A DNA stretch of 64,000 nucleotides from a virus, in the IMG/VR virus record IMGVR_UViG_3300010399_000002, positions 32,001 to 96,000 of that record; one strand, 5' to 3'. The translations under genes were made by a program, and so were the position numbers. The stretch's first letter is position 1; every line of letters starts with the position of its first letter. The notes under the pieces were generated by a model. The model was not told where the DNA came from, ran no database searches, and was given only the letters and a program-made list of their open reading frames with translations. Of this stretch, positions 17,604 through 27,242 are shown one piece after another.

Positions 17604-18581
17604 TTAAACCACACGAACACCTTCAAAGAACTCCCGTCTTGAAGCTAGCAAACTCGTCATCTCATAATCAGAACATAGACGAACAAATTCAAGATACCTT
17701 TTTCTCTTCTCGGCGTACGACATACACCTCAGCGTACCGCACTTGAGATATGCACGCAACTCGTACAGTTGCTTTTGAACCACCTCACGACAGTCTGATG
17801 GTAGCAACGAATAACCTGTATCTCGTGGAATGACCGCAAGCTGCCAACATTTGTGCACATTGTCCCAATGCTGTTCCAACTGCGGATACGCCTTCTTCAC
17901 CTGGGAAGTAAGTTTAGCAAATCTTTTTGTGGATGGAGTAACACCTGCTAGGATCATGGCACTAGCACGAGCCGGACCTATACCCGCAACTGACTTATAA
18001 TTATCACTGCTGTCCCCAGACAGAGCCTTGTACTCCGCCCATTGGTCTGGACGCAAACCGTGAGACTTGGCTAGATCGAAACTGGCAACAGCGACTGGAT
18101 TCTTGGGCAGTGGTCGAAGCACTCGTACCTTTTTGGAAATCAACTGGTAGAAGTCTGCATCTGTGGAGTAGATCCAAACACGGTTGACTGACTTGTGATC
18201 TTGGCACACCTGACTGAAGATACCTATGAGATCGTCCGCCTCGAGACCGTCAACCCTGAACTGCATGAAGCCCAGAACTTCGATGAATTTCTCTAGCACT
18301 GGCAACTGCATGAATACTACTGCTCGAGCTTCCTTTTGTTCTGGAGTACTCGCACGAGAAGCCTTGTAGGTACTAACGATCTTCTTGCGCCAGACAGATT
18401 GGCTGTCCCAACAGATGACTATCTCCGATGAGTACTTGGACATCAAAGCTCGAAGGCTAGACAAGAAGCCATAAATGATCCCAGTAGGAAAGGACTTGCC
18501 TTCAATTGTAGTACTGAGATTAAAAGCAAAACCACAACGATAAACTATGTTCATACCATCAACTAGTATTATGTCCTTCAA
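17604..18581 (-). CDS. 5'-3' exonuclease / flap endonuclease
   Basis: LVDGMN..YR; CWD; WRK...YKASR; EADDL; STDADF.QL; GDSSDN...V.GIG; TTG start with AGGTG Shine-Dalgarno. Confidence 0.93.
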   Translation of the reverse strand: MKDIILVDGMNIVYRCGFAFNLSTTIEGKSFPTGIIYGFLSSLRALMSKYSSEIVICWDSQSVWRKKIVSTYKASRASTPEQKEARAVVFMQLPVLEKFIEVLGFMQFRVDGLEADDLIGIFSQVCQDHKSVNRVWIYSTDADFYQLISKKVRVLRPLPKNPVAVASFDLAKSHGLRPDQWAEYKALSGDSSDNYKSVAGIGPARASAMILAGVTPSTKRFAKLTSQVKKAYPQLEQHWDNVHKCWQLAVIPRDTGYSLLPSDCREVVQKQLYELRAYLKCGTLRCMSYAEKRKRYLEFVRLCSDYEMTSLLASRREFFEGVRVV

Positions 18582-19369
18582 GCAACACCTCGTGAACGCA
18601 CAGAACTTATTGCCTGCTGTATAGTTGCAATCGCCTTGTCTGGATACTTTGTAACAGTATGATTACTGATTCGTACAACAACGTAACCTGCACGCTCTAA
18701 ACGCCTAGTCGCTAGACGTGTCCGCTTAGTCTGCTGCTGATCAACCTCTAACGCTATATTGTAATCGTACAGATAAAAATCGACTATAAGACCTGCAAGC
18801 AGAACTTGAGAATGATACCTAGTCTTCAAATTGTAACGAAGTATTCTACGCAGGCACTTCTCTGTTGGAGTAAGATTGCGTCTGTATGTAATTGCACGAG
18901 ACTGCAAACGCCTTAACCTAACAGACTCATCCTTCCAACTACTACGTAGACTTTTTGACTTGCGGGCCAACGTCTTAACGCCTCTACTGGCTTTGGCTTG
19001 ATTGGTGCGATAAACAGGATTAGTCCAACGTCTCTTTGCTGCTCTTGACTGTTTAATACGAACCGCAGGACTACTATTAGCTCGACTTAAAGCTGCGACC
19101 TGCGTTAGTCTGAACTGTGGATCTTGCCATAACTTTTTCATCTGAACTGATCTGTCTGCACGTACAATTGGATCTTTGTTTAACTCAATTGTTGCTTTAG
19201 CTTGCTTAGCTCTGTACTCTGGGCTCTGCCAACGCCTCTTAGCAGCACGATAGTTACTAATAGATCGCTTAGCTCGAACAACCGGATCTTTGTTGGCCTT
19301 CTGCTGCTTAGCTCTGTACTCAGGCCTTTTCCACTTTAGTCTCTGTGCTTCTGATCTGGTCACTAGCAA
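18578..19369 (-). CDS. Basic helical-repeat + Vsr/DUF559-like endonuclease (HEG-like C), inserted in the exonuclease 5' end
   Basis: Nine 13-21-aa repeat units; LTPTE..RYHSQ..GLIVDFYLYDYNIALEVD..GYVVVR. Confidence 0.8.
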   Translation of the reverse strand: MLVTRSEAQRLKWKRPEYRAKQQKANKDPVVRAKRSISNYRAAKRRWQSPEYRAKQAKATIELNKDPIVRADRSVQMKKLWQDPQFRLTQVAALSRANSSPAVRIKQSRAAKRRWTNPVYRTNQAKASRGVKTLARKSKSLRSSWKDESVRLRRLQSRAITYRRNLTPTEKCLRRILRYNLKTRYHSQVLLAGLIVDFYLYDYNIALEVDQQQTKRTRLATRRLERAGYVVVRISNHTVTKYPDKAIATIQQAISSVRSRGVA

Positions 19370-19407
19370 TCTCCAATCATACCGTCGACAAGAATGATGT
19401 CTTTCAT
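19363..19407 (-). pseudogene. Stranded 5' end of the exonuclease gene (MKDIILVDGM, then IGDC*)
   Basis: ATG AAA GAC ATC ATT CTT GTC GAC GGT ATG encodes the same 10 residues as the start of 17604..18581. Confidence 0.88.
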
Positions 19408-19565
19408 CTAAGCCTCTTCACCAAGCTCTGTCTGCACCACGAAACAACTCCAATTTCCTTCGCTGCACCGCACTCTCTGCACGAACGACCATTCCGAGCG
19501 CTGTATGAATTATGCGCAACAGCACTCGATAGACCGTGATCTTGTCTTCCGTACTCAACGTCACC

Positions 19566-19784
19566 TTAGTTCCTATCACCGTCGCCCAATACTAGATCTG
19601 CGTCTTCACTTCCGCAACCGGGAGAATCTGATTCTGCAACCGTGACCTTGTCGGTCTCGACGTACAACTGGTATAGTGCGATAGCCTTTCGTACCACTTG
19701 CCTCTGACTGATCTGTTGCTTCTCTGCCAACTTCTCAACCACCTTGGCGTCTTTGTTATTGAGCTGTACTGTGAATTGTGACAT
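19566..19784 (-). CDS. Ribbon-helix-helix (CopG-like) DNA-binding protein
   Basis: QFTVQL....KVVEKLA....ISQRQVVRKAI. Confidence 0.7.
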   Translation of the reverse strand: MSQFTVQLNNKDAKVVEKLAEKQQISQRQVVRKAIALYQLYVETDKVTVAESDSPGCGSEDADLVLGDGDRN

Positions 19785-19790
19785 GGGTCT

Positions 19791-20033
19791 CTACTCCTCG
19801 ATGTAAGTTGCTGTTAGATTTTTGTACTCCAAACTCGTCAAACGAAAACTAGTTCCTGGTACCGGCATAACCTTACCGCAATCACCCAAAAGCGTTGGAA
19901 CATCCAAAACTGGTTGGGTGTACCTCGGCGGTGGAGGCCAGTCCAACTCGATAACCTCAGTATGTCCGTTCAACCTCAACAAATGAGCTGCGCACTTTTT
20001 CTCAGACATCTTCCCTCCATGCCCAATGCACAA
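19791..20033 (-). CDS. Hypothetical protein
   Basis: ORF in operon orientation. Confidence 0.45.
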   Translation of the reverse strand: MCIGHGGKMSEKKCAAHLLRLNGHTEVIELDWPPPPRYTQPVLDVPTLLGDCGKVMPVPGTSFRLTSLEYKNLTATYIEE

Positions 20034-20165
20034 TCATGAAATCGTACAAAGCCTTTTCATCACTGTCGTACGTGTAACCTTTTTGTGCTGCTGAAGCCTT
20101 TTGCCTGCGGATGGCCTCTTCCTCAGTAATCTTCACTGCTGGTTCTCCGCACTCGTTGTAGACTA

Positions 20166-20363
20166 TCATAAAGACTCCAATCTAGGAATATCAGTAACCC
20201 TTGGAGGATCTTCACCTTCAAACCACTCGATAATCTCACCACAATCCGGTACTGGACATATCAGCTCTGCGTAGTCCGTATCTTCTGGCATGTCGTTTGC
20301 AAAAACTATTAGACCGCAACCATGGCACCGCTTCTCGATATACATATCACACCTGAGCTGCAT
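20166..20363 (-). CDS. Small zinc-ribbon protein
   Basis: CHGC..CPVPDC. Confidence 0.5.
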   Translation of the reverse strand: MQLRCDMYIEKRCHGCGLIVFANDMPEDTDYAELICPVPDCGEIIEWFEGEDPPRVTDIPRLESL

Positions 20364-21300
20364 ACGCTAACATGGTCATCCGCAAATGCCAACTGAATTT
20401 GACAACTCGTTGCAACACTGTGAGCAACGACTTATCTGAAAGTTCATCGGCCTGTTTACGACTCTTAGGTGGTGGCCAGCACACTAACACATTGTATCTC
20501 TTGTCCAACTGTTCTGCGGTTTGTACTGTGGCTTCGATCCCAACTCGATCCGGATCTGGATATAGGATGATTCTCTTGCACTCGACCTCGATCAATTGTG
20601 ACAACATGGTCTCGGTCAACGTGTGACCCAACATGGCCAATGAACGAGTAGTTCTCCACGCCTCCGGCAATTCACTCATTGTGCGCTCAATGGCTAGAGC
20701 CTTGAAGATACCCTCAGCGATACAAACCGTAGGGGCTGTTGGAACGTTGTTTAGACCCCACAGGTACTTCTCGCCTGGAGAATTGAGGTATTTGATTGGG
20801 CTCCTACCGCTAAAGTCACGGCACACCAGACCTTTTAACTCGTCCTCGTAGAAGATTGGGAAGACTATCCTGTACGCATATCTGCCACTGAGAGACACGC
20901 CTACATGATGCTTTCTTAACAAGTCCTTACTTACCCGACGAGCGTACATGTACTTCTGAGCTTTGCGTACCAACGGATCACTGTCTTCTCTATGCAGCAA
21001 CTGAAAATCGATGGGCAGTTTAACTGGACCTTGTTTCTTGGCCTCTACGGTATCTTGTTCAAGACCACCACCTTGGATAGCTAATTCTCCTAGAACCAGT
21101 TTGGGTGCATCGCGCCCTACGCGCCAGTCACAGTTAAAACAGTGTCCCTGACCCGTAACGATATTGACACCCAAACGGAACTTGATGTCTTCACCTTCCC
21201 CACGCTCGGCACAGAACGGACAACACATCCAGATCTCTTGAGGATCTCCAGTACGCTTGTACCTGATCCCACTGGCTATAAGTGTCTCAAGGAAAGTCAT
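20347..21300 (-). CDS. DnaG-type DNA primase
   Basis: CPFC..HCFNC zinc finger; RIVFPI; KYLN; AEG; DPDRVG (TOPRIM). Confidence 0.9.
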   Translation of the reverse strand: MTFLETLIASGIRYKRTGDPQEIWMCCPFCAERGEGEDIKFRLGVNIVTGQGHCFNCDWRVGRDAPKLVLGELAIQGGGLEQDTVEAKKQGPVKLPIDFQLLHREDSDPLVRKAQKYMYARRVSKDLLRKHHVGVSLSGRYAYRIVFPIFYEDELKGLVCRDFSGRSPIKYLNSPGEKYLWGLNNVPTAPTVCIAEGIFKALAIERTMSELPEAWRTTRSLAMLGHTLTETMLSQLIEVECKRIILYPDPDRVGIEATVQTAEQLDKRYNVLVCWPPPKSRKQADELSDKSLLTVLQRVVKFSWHLRMTMLAYAAQV

Positions 21301-22175
21301 TGGCTACCACTTTTTGATAACTTTAGTAACTTACGCAATCGTGCTTCTGACCTAGCTAAACCTCGAATCAACTGCTCACTTGTAAAACGAGCGACGCGAT
21401 ACTTGTACGCACGAAGAGTTAAATCTCGAAACGCATCTCTACGCTGATTATCTGGGTGATTATGTCTCGGCCCGTCGCACTCAATGACCAATCGAGACAA
21501 AGGAACTAGAAAATCAACTATGCAATTATGTAGTACAACTTGACACTGATACTTAACGCCTAATCTGTTCAACAGATACGACATTATATCTTCTATACCC
21601 GTTGGACGCTTACGCATAGACCTGGCAAAGCAAGTCAGAAAATACTTACGCCAATCTGGATCGTTCCACTGTTCCTTGTGAGTGCGACTTTGATTTATTT
21701 TGACCTTCTCTTTGTAACCAGGTCTCTTCCAACGAGCTGTAACTTCATGCCGAACTGCATCACTTATACGCTGACGATAAACTGGATCTCTCCAATTACG
21801 TTTACCGAGCTTGGACTTCTTATGCCTTGTTCTTGGATCTGCTAGAACCTTTCTCATCCTAACAGATTGTTCGGCCTTGCGTTCTGGTGTCCAGTACTTT
21901 TTAATGACCGCAGACTGCCTTAACTTGTAATCCGAAGTACGGGACTTTACTATAGCTGCTATCTGACTTTCACGCCAAACTGGATCTTTCCACAGAGCCT
22001 TCATGGCAGCTACATGACTCTTACGCCCTGAAACTGAACTGAGCTTCGCCTTTGAAATAGCTGCACCTCGAGCGGCCTTCCAACTTGGATCTGCCCAAAG
22101 CAATTTCATCTTAGCAATCTGATTACGACGACCTTGACGTGTCACCTCACCGGACTTACGTCTCTTCTTCTTCAT
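21297..22175 (-). CDS. Basic helical-repeat + Vsr/DUF559-like endonuclease (HEG-like D)
   Basis: W.DP.WR/YR repeats; PTGIE..IVDFLV..LVIECDGPRH..RRDAFRD..L..YRVARF (canonical DUF559 pattern). Confidence 0.82.
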   Translation of the reverse strand: MKKKRRKSGEVTRQGRRNQIAKMKLLWADPSWKAARGAAISKAKLSSVSGRKSHVAAMKALWKDPVWRESQIAAIVKSRTSDYKLRQSAVIKKYWTPERKAEQSVRMRKVLADPRTRHKKSKLGKRNWRDPVYRQRISDAVRHEVTARWKRPGYKEKVKINQSRTHKEQWNDPDWRKYFLTCFARSMRKRPTGIEDIMSYLLNRLGVKYQCQVVLHNCIVDFLVPLSRLVIECDGPRHNHPDNQRRDAFRDLTLRAYKYRVARFTSEQLIRGLARSEARLRKLLKLSKSGSQ

Positions 22176-23520
22176 AACTTCGAGAACTAACCTCCTCACG
22201 CATCTTTTTAATGGTAGCGTCTCTATCGTATATAAGCATTCTCTCCTTATCACTCATAATGTTGCAACCCACATGCTGTTTGGTAAACTTAGACGCTGCT
22301 ACCCACAAGTACAAACCGTTTTCGTCGTCCCAATCGCCTTGCCCGAGCGATATGGCTAACGTTACCTTGCGGACCTTACTGATGTCTTCTGCAAGACGAT
22401 CACCTGATAAGATCTTGAATGACTCCGTTCCGCGTTGTGTCTGAGCTGCTGTCCAGAGTATCACTTGCTTGCGGGCTGCGAATTGACGTAACTCACGGTA
22501 CACGTCGGCAAACTCCATACGTCGATCGGCTTGCTTCTTCGATGGACGAATCTCATCATCGTAGTCGATAATCACAACATCGGCACTGAAGCCTTGACCG
22601 CGCTCTTTTTCCCATGCGGCTTCGATCATCGGCACACTGAATCCGGACTCCGTACCATCAATGATCTTCAAACGTCCTTTGAGCAGGCGCTTGTACAACA
22701 TGAACCTGTATCTCAAAGTCTTCGTCATGGTCGTCAACTTCGAATACGGCAAATTGGCAACCGCGGCGTCGAACCTATCCTCAACATCGTCCTGAGGATC
22801 TTCGAGTGTAATAAATATGACATTCAGTCTCTGAAGAGTGTATGCCAAAGCCAACCAAAGCAAAGTGAGAGACTTCCCACGCTTGTATGGTGCTATGAAA
22901 AGACCAAGATGACCTGGACCTATGTTCCTGATAAGAAGGTCTAGTGGATCTATCAGGAACAATGGATGCTTCCGATCTTTACTGCTATCTCGACGGGCGA
23001 TGCGGACTTCCAACTCTTTGTTACTGAAGAACTCCGTGGACCGATATGGATCTTTGGAAAAGACATCCACGGCCCCGCGACAGATATCTAACCATTTCTC
23101 ATCGGATAGCTGACCTTTGGCTTGCAAATCTACGATCTCTTCGATGGCTGCTGCCTTGGACTTCTCACGCTTGAACTGCACCACTTTGTCGAGCAGTGAA
23201 TCTGCAGCCAGGATCTTCTTGCGACGCAGGCCTTGTCCGTACTCGGTTAACGAAGTCCTGAATGAATCTTTGGCTCGTGATGATCTGCAATAGTCGAGTA
23301 TCTCCGTAGACAGGAGCTTTCCCAACGGGTGCTTGTACTTCTGGTAGTAGTCTAATGCTAACTGAACGAGTATCCACCTTTCCCGACCGTACTCATGGCC
23401 GTTTCTTGGACGGAAGTCTGCAGCAGTCAACAAATGACTGGATGCAATCAAGAACCTCTTGTCCTTGATCAGAAGAGCTGCAAGCAAATCCTGAAACTCG
23501 CTATTGTCGAAATATGTCAT
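22156..23520 (-). CDS. DnaB-like replicative helicase
   Basis: APYKRGKS; FITLE; IIDYDD; WTAAQTQR; AEDISK. Confidence 0.92.
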   Translation of the reverse strand: MTYFDNSEFQDLLAALLIKDKRFLIASSHLLTAADFRPRNGHEYGRERWILVQLALDYYQKYKHPLGKLLSTEILDYCRSSRAKDSFRTSLTEYGQGLRRKKILAADSLLDKVVQFKREKSKAAAIEEIVDLQAKGQLSDEKWLDICRGAVDVFSKDPYRSTEFFSNKELEVRIARRDSSKDRKHPLFLIDPLDLLIRNIGPGHLGLFIAPYKRGKSLTLLWLALAYTLQRLNVIFITLEDPQDDVEDRFDAAVANLPYSKLTTMTKTLRYRFMLYKRLLKGRLKIIDGTESGFSVPMIEAAWEKERGQGFSADVVIIDYDDEIRPSKKQADRRMEFADVYRELRQFAARKQVILWTAAQTQRGTESFKILSGDRLAEDISKVRKVTLAISLGQGDWDDENGLYLWVAASKFTKQHVGCNIMSDKERMLIYDRDATIKKMREEVSSRSYEEEET

Positions 23521-23526
23521 TCACCC

Positions 23527-23823
23527 TTACCAACGAATCTTCATTGTACGAAGTTCTTCGTCCATGGCCATACGTTCTAAACCCGTTAACTTTGGCTCGG
23601 CTTCTTTGGCACATAACGAACGAACTGGTGGTAGCTGCAAAGTACTACTCAACTGGATCTTTTTGGAAATTATATGTTGGCCGCAGTCCAAACACGCTAT
23701 CTCATCCATTCCCGCACCTGAACAAATTGCCTTTCCGTCAGAACCGTTCCTTTGGCACTTGAACACATTCGACGTATTCCTATGCCTGCAACCAAAGAAA
23801 AACTGAAATAGTTTATCTAGCAT
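23527..23823 (-). CDS. Hypothetical Cys-containing protein (start probably MLDKLF)
   Basis: FFGC.H..CLDCG. Confidence 0.5.
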   Translation of the reverse strand: MLDKLFQFFFGCRHRNTSNVFKCQRNGSDGKAICSGAGMDEIACLDCGQHIISKKIQLSSTLQLPPVRSLCAKEAEPKLTGLERMAMDEELRTMKIRW

Positions 23824-23839
23824 CTCGCCACTCCTTTTC

Positions 23840-24073
23840 TCATTGTTGATCGTAGAAATGGTCACATTCCTGACAGAAGAAACTTTGTGGCAGTTTTTCG
23901 GACGGATGGTAGAAAGCCTCAACCTGATGACCGTCTGGACAGATTGCCACTAAACGAATTGTACGGAGCCTCATAACTGGATCTCGCGATGCCTCGTTAG
24001 TCTTATCGCCACGAAAGATCTGCATCTGAGCACCGGCGGTACATTGGATGACTTCCGATGGTGTAGTACTCAC
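23840..24073 (-). CDS. Hypothetical zinc-ribbon protein
   Basis: CPDGH..CQEC. Confidence 0.45.
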   Translation of the reverse strand: MSTTPSEVIQCTAGAQMQIFRGDKTNEASRDPVMRLRTIRLVAICPDGHQVEAFYHPSEKLPQSFFCQECDHFYDQQ

Positions 24074-24426
24074 AACGCCTCCCTGAGCATCTGACTGTCC
24101 ACCAAAGCACGAATGGCCTCGCCTGGTGTAGTGCCGAACTTGTGGGCTTCACCGTTCTCCGCAAACGCTCGAATGATTGAAACCTCGGCAGCAACAGGTA
24201 CTATCCACTGCGGTCGCGTAACTATGGCCAACACTGTGTTCTCCGGCAACTTGGACAGAGCCTTTTCCAACAGCAACCAATTTTCAGCTGCGTCCAGTAA
24301 CTGTATGGTTACGTCTGCTGGTACGGCATTTGGATTCTCACGCCATAGAGCAATAGTATCGAGTGTCATTCCTCTTCCTCCATCTTGATTGGCTTGATAT
24401 GCTTGAACTTGTACACACCTTTCCAC
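24070..24426 (-). CDS. Hypothetical protein
   Basis: Likely start MTLDT; coupled to neighbouring genes. Confidence 0.5.
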   Translation of the reverse strand: MERCVQVQAYQANQDGGRGMTLDTIALWRENPNAVPADVTIQLLDAAENWLLLEKALSKLPENTVLAIVTRPQWIVPVAAEVSIIRAFAENGEAHKFGTTPGEAIRALVDSQMLREAL

Positions 24427-24812
24427 GCGCGTTTGAATGTAGCAGCCTTGGCTTTGGACAACGTTGTCATTGCACGACGAACTGTTACCGGATGTACTTT
24501 TAGCATCTTGGCTAACTTGACTGGAACGATATTGGACTGGGTATCTGTGGCTCTTTTGAATATTCCCAGCCAGTTTGGAATGGTGTACTCGCGAGTTGAC
24601 TTGTTTGGAAAGTACTTTTTCATGGTGCCGGTGGCTGAAAGGACTTTGACCTTGCGACGACCATACTCGCGACGAGTAACATACTGTGTTGGCTTGACCG
24701 TGATGGCACTCTGACCGAGTATAGCGTACGCCTCGCGCAGAACAGCAGCCTCATGGTCTAATTGGACCAAGCGTTTCTTGATAGCTTCGAGAACTTCTGA
24801 AGTCGTTGTCAT
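24366..24812 (-). CDS. Coiled-coil + winged HTH DNA-binding protein
   Basis: PVKLAKMLKVHPVTVRRAMTTL; start MTTTSEV. Confidence 0.6.
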   Translation of the reverse strand: MTTTSEVLEAIKKRLVQLDHEAAVLREAYAILGQSAITVKPTQYVTRREYGRRKVKVLSATGTMKKYFPNKSTREYTIPNWLGIFKRATDTQSNIVPVKLAKMLKVHPVTVRRAMTTLSKAKAATFKRAWKGVYKFKHIKPIKMEEEE

Positions 24813-24888
24813 AATGTATCTCCAACATCTACACCGCAACTCTTCAAAGAAAGATTGATCATGCTGCCCTCCTTGACCATGACTCGTC

Positions 24889-25734
24889 TCATTCGTACTC
24901 TCCTTTTTCAATCTTCTTTAAGCAAAAATCCCGCATGGAAAAAACCGTAACACAGTTGCTATAAGCTTGATAGTCTCGATCGTACACATTGCACGAATCA
25001 GTTGTGTACACATGGTCGAAGAACTGAAGCAATTTGGTTAGTCCGTTTGAAAATATACCGTGCGTTACATATAGACCCAAACGACTAACTCCTTTAGCCT
25101 TCAACTGTTCTGCCAATCCGACAAACGTGCCGCCACCATCACAGATGTCGTCGATAATCAACGTGGGCTGTCCACCTAACTCTTCCTTACTCGGTGTCTC
25201 AAATCCGGACAACTTACCTGTAGCTGGATCCCGTATCTTGGAAGCCTGTAAAGGAACCCCACGGTAACGCTCTTTGGCGCCTGCATCTGGAACTAGGATG
25301 TTGACTGATTCTTTAACTTTAGTTGAAAATTGCTTTTGAGCTGCATCGACCAAACTTACCGGACTCAGATTTACCAAATTAGGTATGAACTGTTTGGCAA
25401 ACCGAGAATGAACATCAACAGTGTAGACATGATGAATACCAAGTGTGCTTAAGTACGAAGCAAACATGTCCAAACCGTGACAATCACCTGGCACGAAACG
25501 GCGATCCGCTCGACTGAACGGTAAATAAGGCAAGCACAGTGACACTCGTTGTTGAGGTCGTTTACGAGCTTGAATGGCGCTAATACACAGACCAATCTCC
25601 ACGATATCTCGACTGGTAGTATATAGCAACACTCGATCACTATTGTGGGTAATCGACTTGCAACGTACCTGTAGTTCACCGGCAGGGTACTTGAACATCT
25701 CAAAGTCTGATCGAAACAAAGTTAATAGCGGCAT
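24889..25734 (-). CDS. Ribose-phosphate pyrophosphokinase-like protein (candidate Adps)
   Basis: YPAGE; PYLPFSRADR; DVHS; PDAGA; K.RD..TG; IIDDICDGGGTF; VTHGIFS. Confidence 0.92.
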   Translation of the reverse strand: MPLLTLFRSDFEMFKYPAGELQVRCKSITHNSDRVLLYTTSRDIVEIGLCISAIQARKRPQQRVSLCLPYLPFSRADRRFVPGDCHGLDMFASYLSTLGIHHVYTVDVHSRFAKQFIPNLVNLSPVSLVDAAQKQFSTKVKESVNILVPDAGAKERYRGVPLQASKIRDPATGKLSGFETPSKEELGGQPTLIIDDICDGGGTFVGLAEQLKAKGVSRLGLYVTHGIFSNGLTKLLQFFDHVYTTDSCNVYDRDYQAYSNCVTVFSMRDFCLKKIEKGEYE

Positions 25735-27242
25735 CCTTGAATCACCCTTTCCCGAACAGTATCGAACGGAACATCTACCAGCAACTTCCCATCCTCGAAC
25801 ACCTTCTCCAACGCGCAGTGTTCTAAAGCATCTTCTGTAGACATGTCTCGAGCATAGTAGATGGGCTTGTCTGGTGTGGACCATTCCGTACGGTATACAA
25901 CAGGTATTCCTTTAAGGGAGAACTTCGTTCCGTCATCCGTGACTGGCTTCTTGAAGATGGAAAGTATTTCACCTCCCCGACGAACGGCAGTAGCCTTCAT
26001 GGCAAAGCCGTAAGTGTCCCGCGTGACGTAGCAATACGTGTACGAACCAATGCCCAACACAACATTGTACGGAGACAGATGCAACTTGTGAACGGTCTTA
26101 CTCAGAATAGCATCGGCGCGTTCTGGAGTAATACTGTCACCATATATCAAACCGCCGTTCTTGATGAGTGGTAGACCTTGACGGTTTGAATCCGTACCCA
26201 ATGCTGTAGCTAACAACTGAATAGCACCGTAGAAAGCGGGATGATCTCGATAGGTCTTGTAGCTGTGAGAATGTCCGGCCATGCTATCATCGCCGCACAA
26301 AATATCGACAGGGTCACCGGAATCTGGACGGATTACCAACTTACCTTGACGAGCAAGTATCTTGCCCTTCAACCGTGGCACATAGTCGGTCAGCACCTTC
26401 CACAGATCCCAAGTGTCTGACACGATGGACAGAATACCAGTTGGATACACGTCAAACAGCAGACGCTCGAAGGTCTCAAACTCTGCTATATCCAATCCGG
26501 CTGACATCACACTGTGTTCTGTAGCTGGAACCGAGCCTCCAATGGTGAGCTTAGCTCCATAATACTGTTTAGCAGCTACGACTGCGGGCACCGTATCTGT
26601 ACCGGAAAAACAGAACAAATGTCCCAGACCAGACTGAATAGCATCCTCGATTCCGCCCATGCCGCGGCACGAAAAGTCGTGGCCTTGCCAATCGACAAAA
26701 CCAAGATCTTCTTCACCGGCCTCTTTGGCGTATTGCTCGAAGATCCGCCTGTACCTTTGTGCAGTTGTAGCAGATGTAGCAATACGCCACAATCCGGCGG
26801 ACAAAAGCGTCTCGAGGTAATTTGGCAACCAGAATGCCTCTGGTCGCGTATTGGTGATGACTAAAGCTGGTACACCGAATGGTACACCGTGGCCTTCGGG
26901 CAGGGCATATACCTTGATGGGAAGATACCCGAGTCTGTGCAGCGCTTGGATGTGATCCACTCTTGGACTCTTTACGCCCAAACAGCTACTGACCACATCT
27001 TTGTACTCCGACAAGACCACACCTTCCGGAACGTTGAAGAAACCTTGATTGAAGTCCTCGAGTAGATGCTTCTTGGCGAAATACGTAAAACCGACATTAG
27101 CTACTCGCGACAGACCGAGCACCCGCGACTTGCGCGGTGTCCAGTTACTCCACACCTGAGTAGTGTCTGATGGATACTGTTCGAAGTGACCGACCTTGTA
27201 GAAGTCGATGTTGAAAATCGGATTCGTCGGATTCCGAATCAT
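25722..27242 (-). CDS. Nicotinamide phosphoribosyltransferase-like protein (candidate Namat)
   Basis: DFYKVGH..QY; HDFSCRG; GTDT; SVPATEHSVM; VSDTWD; VIRPDSGDP; IYGDSI; FAMKAT; K.P.TD..K.S.KG. Confidence 0.93.
   Translation of the reverse strand: MIRNPTNPIFNIDFYKVGHFEQYPSDTTQVWSNWTPRKSRVLGLSRVANVGFTYFAKKHLLEDFNQGFFNVPEGVVLSEYKDVVSSCLGVKSPRVDHIQALHRLGYLPIKVYALPEGHGVPFGVPALVITNTRPEAFWLPNYLETLLSAGLWRIATSATTAQRYRRIFEQYAKEAGEEDLGFVDWQGHDFSCRGMGGIEDAIQSGLGHLFCFSGTDTVPAVVAAKQYYGAKLTIGGSVPATEHSVMSAGLDIAEFETFERLLFDVYPTGILSIVSDTWDLWKVLTDYVPRLKGKILARQGKLVIRPDSGDPVDILCGDDSMAGHSHSYKTYRDHPAFYGAIQLLATALGTDSNRQGLPLIKNGGLIYGDSITPERADAILSKTVHKLHLSPYNVVLGIGSYTYCYVTRDTYGFAMKATAVRRGGEILSIFKKPVTDDGTKFSLKGIPVVYRTEWSTPDKPIYYARDMSTEDALEHCALEKVFEDGKLLVDVPFDTVRERVIQGCRY

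Noticed and set aside
18578-19407. Group I intron in the exonuclease gene
   Set aside because: The insert is almost entirely ORF, leaving no room for a ribozyme core, and the downstream gene has its own full N-terminus and Shine-Dalgarno.
20140-20165. Seventh copy of the dispersed element near 20 kb (actcgttgtagact)
   Set aside because: Only the tail box resembles the consensus; the CAGGCACT and TGGTAGTTGG boxes are absent.
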